From an uncultured Eubacteriales bacterium (GTDB taxonomy: Bacteria; Bacillota; Clostridia; Oscillospirales; CAG-272): a stretch of 64,000 nt of DNA. Made by a program: the position numbers and the translations under genes. Location: contig CATWNM010000005.1 in assembly GCA_958352145.1 (NCBI GenBank), positions 11,434 to 75,433 of the forward strand. Reading direction: 5' to 3'. The notes beneath the pieces are model-generated. The model was not told where the DNA came from. It made no database searches and saw only the letters and a list, made by a program, of their open reading frames with translations. This document shows positions 55,941 through 64,000 of the stretch, one piece after another. Numbering within the stretch: the first letter of the stretch is position 1; the number at the start of each line of letters is the position of its first letter.

Positions 55941-56819
55941 ATGAGCAGAAATGTACTGGTTACGGGCTCCTCGACCGGTATCGGCGCGGCGGCAGTCGTC
56001 GCGTTCGCCAAAGAGGGCTGCAATGTAGGCATTACCTACAACAAAAATCCAGAGGCGGCGGAGAAAATTGCCGCGAAATGCCGCAGCTATGGCGTGCGCG
56101 CCGAGCTTTTCGGCGGGGATATTTCCCAGCACGACGTGTGCCGGCGTATGATGGAGGAGTTCCTTGAAAAATTCGGAACGATCGACGTATTGGTCAACAA
56201 TGCGGGCGGCGCGCTGAAAATGCCCGAAGGCGGCTTTGAGAAAATGCCGATGGAATACTGGGAGAGTCAGATCAACTTGAATCTGAACGCGCCTGCTTAT
56301 TTTGCGCATTATGCTATGCAGAATATGATCGAGCACGGCACGAAGGGCTCAATCATCAATATCAGTTCGGTGCATTCGCAGGTGACGTGGGTCAGAAGAA
56401 AAACGCTGCCCTATACCGCGGCAAAGGCTGGTCTGAACATGTTCACGAAAAATCTCGGCATCGAAGCGATTCATTACGGGATTCATGTCAACGGCATCGC
56501 GCCGGGCTTTATCGCCACCAAGGCGACGGACCGGTATGATCAGTCGGATCTTGAGCGTGGTTTCCTGCGCAAGATCCCGGCTGGTTTCCTCGGCAATGTA
56601 GACGATATTGTGCCTATGATTTTGTTCCTTGCGAACAATGATACCAACCGTTTCCTCGTCGGTGAAACGATCGTGATCGACGGCGGGCAGTCGGTGGACG
56701 GCGCAATTGACAAGATGCTGGATGACGGGAATCCCGTGAATGCGTTCGATATAAAAGTGGATATGGAAAATTACATAAAGCCGACGAAAGCGGAGCTTGA
56801 GGAAAAAGAAAAAAAATAA
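55941..56819 (+). CDS. SDR family oxidoreductase with a roughly 40-aa C-terminal extension
   Basis: TGSSTGIGAA, NNAG, YTAAK. GGAGGA lies upstream of the ATG at 55941. Confidence 0.9.
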   Translation: MSRNVLVTGSSTGIGAAAVVAFAKEGCNVGITYNKNPEAAEKIAAKCRSYGVRAELFGGDISQHDVCRRMMEEFLEKFGTIDVLVNNAGGALKMPEGGFEKMPMEYWESQINLNLNAPAYFAHYAMQNMIEHGTKGSIINISSVHSQVTWVRRKTLPYTAAKAGLNMFTKNLGIEAIHYGIHVNGIAPGFIATKATDRYDQSDLERGFLRKIPAGFLGNVDDIVPMILFLANNDTNRFLVGETIVIDGGQSVDGAIDKMLDDGNPVNAFDIKVDMENYIKPTKAELEEKEKK

Positions 56820-56867
56820 CTTTGGCTGAAACGGCAAATAAATATTTTCTTAAAGGAGAATAGAATA

Positions 56868-58553
56868 ATGTTGAAAAAGAAGAAATATGAGGACATGCGC
56901 AGCTGCTGGGAATTCGGCGAGGCTGAAGAATGCCGCCGCGGTTTGATGTACGGCATGGGCTATTCCAAAGAGGAAATCGACCGTCCGCTGATCGGCGTTG
57001 TCAACTCCTGGAACGAGTACAACCCCGGACATGTACATCTCGATAAGCTTGCACAGCGCGTTAAACAGGGCGTTCGTGAAGCGGGCGGCCTGCCGCTTGA
57101 GGTCATGACGACCGGCATTTGCGACGGTATGGTTTTGAAAGATCCGAAATACATAGAGGTTCCGTCCCGCAATTCGATTGCCGACCAGGTTGAAATGACG
57201 GTTGAAGGTAACTTCTTTGACGGTATGGTTCTCCTTTGCACCTGCGACTCAATTGTTCCCGGACATCTTATGGCGGCGGCGCGTCTGGATATTCCGGCGA
57301 TCATCGTTACCGGCGGTTATATGCCGCTCGGCATCCACGGCGGCAAGGAAGTGCTGCACATCCATGCGCAGGATAAGGTCGGCACGGCGGCTAAGGGGCT
57401 GATGGATATGGATGAGTACAACGGACTGATCGAGCATTCCTGGGGGATTTGCGGCGGATGTACTTCCATGACTACGGCAAACAGCATGTGTATGATCGCA
57501 GAGGCGCTTGGTATGACGATGCCGAACAACTCTTCGACCTGCGCGATCAGCAGCCAGATTTATCTGATCGCGTATCAGGCGGGCAAACAGATCATGAACC
57601 TGGTTGACGAGGGCATCACCGCGCGCCAGATTATGACGGTGGAAGCGATCAAGAACGCGATCAAAGTCGATATGGCGGTTGCCGGTTCCGCAAACCTGAT
57701 TCTGCATATTCCTGCGATTGCAAACGAGGCTGGCTATACCGATATTTCCTGGTGGAAATATTTTGACGAAGCTTCCAATCAGATTCCGCTTTTGTCGCAT
57801 CTTGCGCCGAGCGGTATGTATACGGTGAAAGACTTCGATATGGCGGGCGGTATGACTGCGCTTCAGATGAATCTCTCGTCTCAGCTTGATCTGGACGTGA
57901 TGACGGTCACCGGCAAAACGCTCCGTGAGAACATCAAGGGTGCTAAAGTCTATAATCCGGACGTTATTCATACGCTGGACAATCCGGTTATGACCGAGCC
58001 CGGCATCGGCGTTCTGTACGGAAATCTTGCGCCCGAAGGCGCGATCATCAAGATCGCGGCGGTGCCGTCCCACCTGATGACCTATAAGGGCAGAGCAAAA
58101 GTGTTCAATTCGCTGGATGAGTCTCTGGAAGCGCTGCGTACCGGTAAAATTCAGCCCGGCGATGCGTGCGTCGTTCGTTTCCTTGGTATGAAAGCGCGCT
58201 TCGGCACCACGGCGTTTACTTTCCAGGAGGAACTGAAAGGCCACGCGGAACTCTTTAACTCCTGTGCCATTATTACCGATGGCCGTTTCTCCGGCGGCAC
58301 TTCCGGTTTGTCTGTGGGGTATGTGTCTCCTGAAGCAGCGCTTGGCGGCCCGCTTGGCATTATCGAGGACGGCGACGAGATTCTCATTGATATTCCAAAC
58401 CGGAATATTACGCTGAACATTTCCGATGAGGAAATGAACAAGCGGCTCTCCGAATTTCATTGGGAATTCCCCGCGAGCGATTATCATAGATTCCTTAGAT
58501 TGTTCGTCAAGAACGTTGGTTCGATGGCGCACGGCTGCATCTGGGATTGCTGA
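56868..58553 (+). CDS. IlvD/Edd family dehydratase (sugar-acid dehydratase-like)
   Basis: PLIGVVNSWNE..PGH, CDSIVPGHLMAA, ITDGRFSGG. Confidence 0.9.
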   Translation: MLKKKKYEDMRSCWEFGEAEECRRGLMYGMGYSKEEIDRPLIGVVNSWNEYNPGHVHLDKLAQRVKQGVREAGGLPLEVMTTGICDGMVLKDPKYIEVPSRNSIADQVEMTVEGNFFDGMVLLCTCDSIVPGHLMAAARLDIPAIIVTGGYMPLGIHGGKEVLHIHAQDKVGTAAKGLMDMDEYNGLIEHSWGICGGCTSMTTANSMCMIAEALGMTMPNNSSTCAISSQIYLIAYQAGKQIMNLVDEGITARQIMTVEAIKNAIKVDMAVAGSANLILHIPAIANEAGYTDISWWKYFDEASNQIPLLSHLAPSGMYTVKDFDMAGGMTALQMNLSSQLDLDVMTVTGKTLRENIKGAKVYNPDVIHTLDNPVMTEPGIGVLYGNLAPEGAIIKIAAVPSHLMTYKGRAKVFNSLDESLEALRTGKIQPGDACVVRFLGMKARFGTTAFTFQEELKGHAELFNSCAIITDGRFSGGTSGLSVGYVSPEAALGGPLGIIEDGDEILIDIPNRNITLNISDEEMNKRLSEFHWEFPASDYHRFLRLFVKNVGSMAHGCIWDC

Positions 58554-58621
58554 CCGAATACAAAAGGCAGGGAATTGCGTAAAAGGCGCAATTCCCCAAT
58601 GCCTTTCAAGGAGAATTTTAA

Positions 58622-60256
58622 ATGGATTATTCCGTAATGACAACCGACGCGCTGGTTATCGGCACTGGGCTTTCGGGTTTGATGGCGGCGCGTGCTTTGA
58701 GCAAAAAAAAGCCGGATGCAAAGATTTTAATGATCGGCAACGGACTCGGCGCTTCGCCGTATGTACATGGCTTCAATATGCCGCTGCATCCCGAGGACAG
58801 CGTGGACTGTTTTCGTAAAGATACTTTTGAAGGCGGCCGGGCGCAGAGCAAGCCGGAGCTTGTGGATGCGCTTTGCGAGGGTGCGCTGAAGCTTCGGCCG
58901 GTACTGGAAGAACTCGGCGTTGAATTTAACCGCAAGGACGGGCAGTATTCGCTGCTTCGTCCGCTTGGTTCCAGTTGTCCGCGCGTGGCCAGCGTCGGCA
59001 ATCATACGGGCGTCGCCATTATGAATGCCGTCCGGCGGGAGTTTTCAGAAAATCCGAATATTTCCGCACTGGAGGATACGCGCGCGCTCCGGCTTTTTCG
59101 GTATGACGGGCGAGTTTTCGGCGCGCTGGTTTATCGGATTCGAGAGGGAAAATATGTGCTGATTCTTGCCGCTGTGACCATACTTGCCTGCGGCGGATTC
59201 TGCAATATTTACCCTTTTTCTACGAACATGTCGGATATCGGCGGCGACGGCATTGCCATGGCGTTTGGAGCCGGCGCAGACCTGTGTGATATGGAATTTG
59301 TGCAGTTTGAACCTTCGGCGGCCGTCGCGCCTGCCGCGATTCGCGGCAAGAGCGTCATTACGACGATGTTTTATGAGGGCGCGGTGCTCCGCAATGCGCA
59401 TGGCGAGCGGTTTATGCTGAAGTATGGCGAAGAAGGCGAGTGTGTCAATAAGGATGTGCAGGCTAAGTACATTTTTAAGGAAATCAAAGAAGGGCGTGGG
59501 ACGGAAAACGGCGGCGTTTATTTTGACGCAACCGGCGTCGGCCGCGCGCGCTTGAATGAACAGTATGATTCCTATGTCAAGCGGTATGCCGACGTGGGGA
59601 TCGATATCGCCGTGACGCCGTTTGAAATTGCGCCAGCGCCGCACACTTCTCTCGGCGGCGTTGCTGTGGATGAAAACTGCGGTACCGGCGTCGAAGGCTT
59701 GTATGCCTGCGGAGAGGTGACCGGCGGCCTTCACGGAGCCAATCGTCTCGGCGGCAACGCGGGACTTGAGACGATGGTGTTCGGCGGGATTGCCGGAAAA
59801 AGCGCGGCGGACTATTTGGAGACGGTCAAAGCGCCGGATATCGCCGTTGCGGATATGGAGGATTTTGTCTGCGACACGCTTTCACTTTCAGGTCATACCC
59901 CGGTAACGGAGGAACTGCTTGCGTCATGCCGCGCGCGGCTTTCGCAGATTTTAATGGATAAGCTGAATGTTTTGCGCTGTAAAGACGAACTTTCCTCGGC
60001 CGTAGATGAAATCGGCGGCATGCTGAATGCATTGGATGATTCGTCGCTTGATGGCGTTTCTCCTGCGCTTGCGTTTCAAACGATCCGAATGGCCAATGAT
60101 TTGCAGACGGCTTATTTTTTGGCGCTCAGTGCGTATACGCGTACGGGATCCATAGGGTGTCATGTGCGCACGGATTCGGACGATGCGGATGAAAAATACC
60201 GTGTGGTCATCCGCAATACGCCTGCCGGCGCACAAATTATAAAAGAAACGATTTGA
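58622..60256 (+). CDS. FAD-dependent oxidoreductase of the L-aspartate oxidase / fumarate reductase flavoprotein family
   Basis: DALVIGTGLSGLMAA dinucleotide fold, later GLYACGEV..GLHGANRLGGN, and a helical C-terminal domain. Confidence 0.85.
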   Translation: MDYSVMTTDALVIGTGLSGLMAARALSKKKPDAKILMIGNGLGASPYVHGFNMPLHPEDSVDCFRKDTFEGGRAQSKPELVDALCEGALKLRPVLEELGVEFNRKDGQYSLLRPLGSSCPRVASVGNHTGVAIMNAVRREFSENPNISALEDTRALRLFRYDGRVFGALVYRIREGKYVLILAAVTILACGGFCNIYPFSTNMSDIGGDGIAMAFGAGADLCDMEFVQFEPSAAVAPAAIRGKSVITTMFYEGAVLRNAHGERFMLKYGEEGECVNKDVQAKYIFKEIKEGRGTENGGVYFDATGVGRARLNEQYDSYVKRYADVGIDIAVTPFEIAPAPHTSLGGVAVDENCGTGVEGLYACGEVTGGLHGANRLGGNAGLETMVFGGIAGKSAADYLETVKAPDIAVADMEDFVCDTLSLSGHTPVTEELLASCRARLSQILMDKLNVLRCKDELSSAVDEIGGMLNALDDSSLDGVSPALAFQTIRMANDLQTAYFLALSAYTRTGSIGCHVRTDSDDADEKYRVVIRNTPAGAQIIKETI

Positions 60257-60285
60257 ATTTAGTATAGTTAGAAGGGAACAAGAGA

Positions 60286-61818
60286 ATGAAAAAGGTTGTT
60301 ATCAAACAAAACCGTTATGTTGACTCGGTTTCTCTGATGGCTGTCGGCGATAAGGTAACAAAGCTGGAGGGCATTTCCAATGCGGAAGCGCAGATGTGTA
60401 CGCCCGCAAACCTGGAAGTGCTGGCGGATCTTGGCTATGAAATGCCGAAAGATATTACCGCCAACGACCTTGCGCTTGCCGTCACCGGCGAGACCGAAGC
60501 GCAGATTGAAGCTGCGCTTCAGATGATTATGGACATCATCGATCACAAAAACACGAGCGGCGGCGTCAGCTACAAGTCGCTTTCGGAAATCGATCTGCGA
60601 GAAGACGGATATGACCTCGTGCAGATTTCGCTCCCCGGCGAATATGCGGCGGCAGAAGCGAAAAAAGCGCTTTCTATGGGGCTTGATGTCTTTATTTTCA
60701 GCGACAATGTCACGCTGGAAGAGGAAGCGGACATTAAAAAATACGGCAATGAGCGCGGCAGATTGGTTATGGGACCTGATTGCGGTGTCGGTCTGATCCA
60801 GGGCGTGGCGCTGGGCGCGGGCAGTATCGTCCGTCATGGTCCAGTGGGCATTGTCGGCGCTTCCGGTTCCGGTGCGCAGGAAGTTGCCTGCATCATTGAG
60901 CGTCTGGGGCTCGGCGTTTCTTCGATCATCGGTACCGGCGGACACGATTTGCTGCCGGAAATCGGCGGCATCACGATGCATGCCGGGATGCGCCGCCTCG
61001 ACGACGATCCGGATACGAAAGTGATCGTGCTGGTTTCAAAGCTGGCAAATCTTGACGTTATGGCTAAGATTCTCGGCGCGGCGGACCGGCTGTCAAAGCC
61101 TGTGGTTGCTATTTTCCTTGGCGCGGATGAAAAGCTGTTTGAAGGGCACCGCGTGTATGGCACATACAGCTTGGAAGAAGCGGCCGTAAAAGCCGTGGAA
61201 CTTTGCACTGGCAAGACGCCGAGCGTCGGCTTTACTGCGGAAGAGATCGCCGAAATCGTCAAGGAAAAGGTTGCGGCGCTTCGACCCGAGCAGAAGTATG
61301 TTCGCGGCTTGTTCAGCGGCGGTACCTTTACCGAAGAGGGCATGATCTACTATACGCAGCACAACAAGGGCGTCAAGCTCCATTCCAACCTGAGCACAAA
61401 ATATGCGGTTCAATTGGCGGATCATTCGGTCAGCGAGGGGCATTGCATACTTGATCTCGGCGCGGAGGATTTTACGGCGGAGGCGCCGCATCCCGTATTC
61501 GATCCGATGCTAAAACTCCGCAGGTTCAAAAAAGAAGTTGCAGATCCCACAGTCGCCGTTGTTACGATGGACTTTATCATGGGGCCGGGTGTTGCCGCCG
61601 ATCCAGTTACGCCGTTTGCCAAGGAGTGCAGAGCGCTAAAGGACGCTGGCAGCAATCTGATCTTTATCTCCAATGTCTGCGGTTCGCTGGAAGATCCGCA
61701 GGATACGCTAGCGGCGGAAAAAATGCTTGCAGACGCCGGTGTAATCGTGACCAGAAGCAATTATGAAAGCACTAAGCTCGCAAGCGCGTTCCTTGCGGCT
61801 CTGGAAGAAAGGGGTTGA
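60286..61818 (+). CDS. fdrA: FdrA family protein (succinyl-CoA synthetase alpha-like CoA-binding/ligase domains)
   Basis: N-terminal YVDSVSLM... plus GPVGIVGASGSGAQEV and GTGG blocks resembling SCS-alpha. Confidence 0.8.
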   Translation: MKKVVIKQNRYVDSVSLMAVGDKVTKLEGISNAEAQMCTPANLEVLADLGYEMPKDITANDLALAVTGETEAQIEAALQMIMDIIDHKNTSGGVSYKSLSEIDLREDGYDLVQISLPGEYAAAEAKKALSMGLDVFIFSDNVTLEEEADIKKYGNERGRLVMGPDCGVGLIQGVALGAGSIVRHGPVGIVGASGSGAQEVACIIERLGLGVSSIIGTGGHDLLPEIGGITMHAGMRRLDDDPDTKVIVLVSKLANLDVMAKILGAADRLSKPVVAIFLGADEKLFEGHRVYGTYSLEEAAVKAVELCTGKTPSVGFTAEEIAEIVKEKVAALRPEQKYVRGLFSGGTFTEEGMIYYTQHNKGVKLHSNLSTKYAVQLADHSVSEGHCILDLGAEDFTAEAPHPVFDPMLKLRRFKKEVADPTVAVVTMDFIMGPGVAADPVTPFAKECRALKDAGSNLIFISNVCGSLEDPQDTLAAEKMLADAGVIVTRSNYESTKLASAFLAALEERG

Positions 61819-63248
61819 GCGTCGTGGCACAAAAGGAATATAAAAGCGATCTTCGCGTCATCAATATCGGTACGCAGTTGTTTTATGATGCGCTGGTTGC
61901 GCAGGGCGTAAAGGCGGCGCAACTGGATTGGAAGCCGCCGGTGAAGCAGAGTGCCGAGGTGCTCGATGCGCTGAACGCGGTCGCTTCCGCCGATATCAAA
62001 GCGAAAGTGGAAGCCGCGAATGAAAAGGCCGCCGGCTATATCGTCAATTCTCAGCCGTATCTTGTCGATATTCTGCCGGCCGGCGATGTGATCGAGGGGC
62101 TTGAGGATTATACGATCATTCATTCCGGTCCTCCGATCGATTATGAAGATATGGTCATGCTGCATCAGCGCGGCTTGGTCAGTGCCTGCCGTTTTGAGGG
62201 GTGGGCGGATAACGACGAGGACGCTGTCAAGCTGATTAAATCCGGCAAGATTAAGATCATGTCCGCGCTGGACACCAATACGGTCGGTGCGGGAACCGGG
62301 ATTATCACAAAGAGCGTCGCCATGTTTATCGAAGAGGACAGAGCGACCGGAAAACGCGCCGCCACGTTCCCGGCGGAGGGACCAAATCAAGGCGGTTTCT
62401 GTGGCTGGGGACTGTATTCTGAAGAGATTGCAAATTATCTGCGCAGAATGCGCACGGAGTTTTTCCCGGTGCTCCGTCAGGTGCTCAAAAACATGGGCGG
62501 CTTGGCTATTAAGCCGATTTTGGCGGAAGGTATGCAGATGGGGGATGAAAACCATACCCGCCAGACCGCAGCCGACCTGCTGTTTGACAAAAAGATTTTG
62601 CCGGAACTGTTTAAGCTCGAGGGCTTTGACCGCCAGCAGATTTTGGATACGCTGGATTATGTGGTGGAAACGCCTCGTTTCTTCCATTGTATCGGACAGG
62701 GCGCAAGCCGTTCCGCCATGCTTTCTGCGGTTGGAACTGAATATTCTACGATGGTGACGGCGGTATGCGGCAACGGCGTGGAATTCGGCATCAAAGTGGC
62801 AGGACTCGGAGACGAGTGGTTTACGGCGCCCGCGCCGATGATGAAGGGACGCTATACTTCCTCGAAATATACCGAGAAGGATCAGCTTCCGTGGATCGGC
62901 GACAGCTGCGTTGTTGAGTGCGCTGGTATGGGCGGTATAGCCGCTGCAGCCAGTCCGATTGTGTGCAGCCTGCGCGGTTTGAAGCTGAAGGATGCGATTC
63001 ACATCACGCGCGAAATGGAAGAAATTTGCATTACACATAATCCCGCTTTTCCGATTCCGAATCTTGATTTTGATTTTCTGCCGGTTGGTATTGATATTCG
63101 TAAGGTTATTGAGACGGGTATCTGCCCCGAGATCCACGGCGGTATGTTTAATTACCAGGGCGGCCTGATCGGCGCGGGCTCTGCGCGCGTTCCGATGCTT
63201 TGCTTTGAAAAAGCAATCAAGGCTTTTGCCAAAAAATACGGAAAATAA
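61815..63248 (+). CDS. DUF1116 (YlbE-like) protein
   Basis: Translationally coupled to the fdrA-like gene (TTGA overlap; alternative GTG at 61824). Size and conserved blocks resemble YlbE as recalled from memory; not searched. Confidence 0.65.
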   Translation: MSVVAQKEYKSDLRVINIGTQLFYDALVAQGVKAAQLDWKPPVKQSAEVLDALNAVASADIKAKVEAANEKAAGYIVNSQPYLVDILPAGDVIEGLEDYTIIHSGPPIDYEDMVMLHQRGLVSACRFEGWADNDEDAVKLIKSGKIKIMSALDTNTVGAGTGIITKSVAMFIEEDRATGKRAATFPAEGPNQGGFCGWGLYSEEIANYLRRMRTEFFPVLRQVLKNMGGLAIKPILAEGMQMGDENHTRQTAADLLFDKKILPELFKLEGFDRQQILDTLDYVVETPRFFHCIGQGASRSAMLSAVGTEYSTMVTAVCGNGVEFGIKVAGLGDEWFTAPAPMMKGRYTSSKYTEKDQLPWIGDSCVVECAGMGGIAAAASPIVCSLRGLKLKDAIHITREMEEICITHNPAFPIPNLDFDFLPVGIDIRKVIETGICPEIHGGMFNYQGGLIGAGSARVPMLCFEKAIKAFAKKYGK

Positions 63249-63653
63249 TTTATTTAAAAAGGGCGGTATGTGAGGTAGCTACTCATAAACAGTATTCATC
63301 AACAAACTGAATTAGGGTAGTTGCCTGCCATGCGGGGGCGAAGAAAGACGAGTGAGAAGCGATTGTTTTTTGCCCGTCTTTTTTCTTCCTGTCATGCAGT
63401 AGAAACGCCATTTGGAGAATATGGTATAAAATTCTTATCTTGCTTTGACTGCACTCTAAAAACCGCATAAAATTAAGGAATTTTCATAATGGATAGACCG
63501 CTTGCGCTCTCTTGGTTGCCTATCAGCAAAGTGGAAAATGCCGTCAAGGAGATGAAGCGCAAAGTTTATTCTAGACGGCATTTTTTGTTTTCGCTATTTG
63601 CTCAACAAATTTGATATCTATTCAATCCTCTGAAAGTCCTGTATTTTTAGGCT

Positions 63654-63998
63654 TTATGCCTTTCTTTTGGTTACGAATTGATTTCCTTGATTTCTTTTTT
63701 TCAAATGCCAAATGTTATGTGCCAATAACAGACCGCTATACAGTAAGACGGATATAAAAACAATAAGGGAGAAATCACGAGGCAACGAATAAGAAATCGC
63801 GCTTATACCAGATACGATACAATGGCTGATAATGTAGGCAATCGGGTACAAGCCAATACGCTCTACCCAAATACGCAATTCTGCTTTCTTTCGTGTCAGA
63901 AACCATACAATTCCCAAAGCAACGAATGCTGCTACTGCGAGTATGAGATAATAGCCGAGGGAAAGCCTCGGTAATGTAATCCCTCTGTCATTATTCAT
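63654..63998 (-). CDS. Small hypothetical membrane protein (three or four TM helices)
   Basis: Hydrophobic segments LGYYLILAVAAFVALGIVWF, IGLYPIAYIISHCIV and LIVFISVLLYSGLLL. The start lies at the window edge. Confidence 0.5.
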   Translation of the reverse strand: MNNDRGITLPRLSLGYYLILAVAAFVALGIVWFLTRKKAELRIWVERIGLYPIAYIISHCIVSGISAISYSLPRDFSLIVFISVLLYSGLLLAHNIWHLKKRNQGNQFVTKRKA

Positions 63999-64000
63999 AT

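Noticed and set aside
63283-63650. Small ORFs in the gap after the DUF1116 gene: 61 aa on the minus strand at 63283-63468, and a 41-codon plus-strand ORF at 63490-63615.
   Set aside because: They have no RBS, no recognisable motif and low-complexity or arbitrary composition. This is insufficient evidence to call genes.

Overview
This is a roughly 55% GC chromosomal segment that looks like an anaerobic Firmicute of the class Clostridia, possibly Oscillospiraceae/Ruminococcaceae-like. That placement is an inference from four signals: a T-box-controlled pheST, an IspH-ribosomal protein S1 fusion, SLH-anchored surface proteins, and a dockerin-bearing glycoside hydrolase. Most of the window is housekeeping: an ECF sigma/anti-sigma pair, rpmB, mtaB, upp, a pseudouridine synthase, cyclophilin, holA, rnr, secG, pheST, cmk-plsC, ispH-rpsA and deoD. 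It also carries carbohydrate genes: GH43, an aldose epimerase, two GH3 enzymes with an AraC regulator, and a kdgK-eda sugar-acid cluster. The clearly accessory part lies just downstream of the pheT terminator, at about 24.1-31.9 kb. It contains (i) a translationally coupled ParB-like plus PP-loop/PAPS-reductase-like (IbrB/IbrA-like, DndB/DndC-analogous) gene pair of unknown function. It contains (ii) an AT-rich patch with a decayed SLH gene remnant and a tyrosine recombinase. It contains (iii) two lox-like 24-bp sites in inverted orientation, bracketing a 205-bp segment with a strong promoter that currently points away from (iv) a large SLH-anchored repeat surface protein gene. That surface gene is itself split by a frameshift at a short A-run. 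It contains (v) an XRE-HTH protein with an unusual Cys-containing 15-residue repeat domain. A second region of interest is 52-63 kb. There a kdgK/eda/IlvD-type dehydratase/SDR/MBL/ROK set is joined to an aspartate-oxidase-like flavoprotein, FdrA and a DUF1116 protein, a combination with no assigned pathway. No CRISPR array, tRNA or rRNA gene was recognised. All family assignments come from reading the translated ORFs and motifs by eye; no database search was possible.
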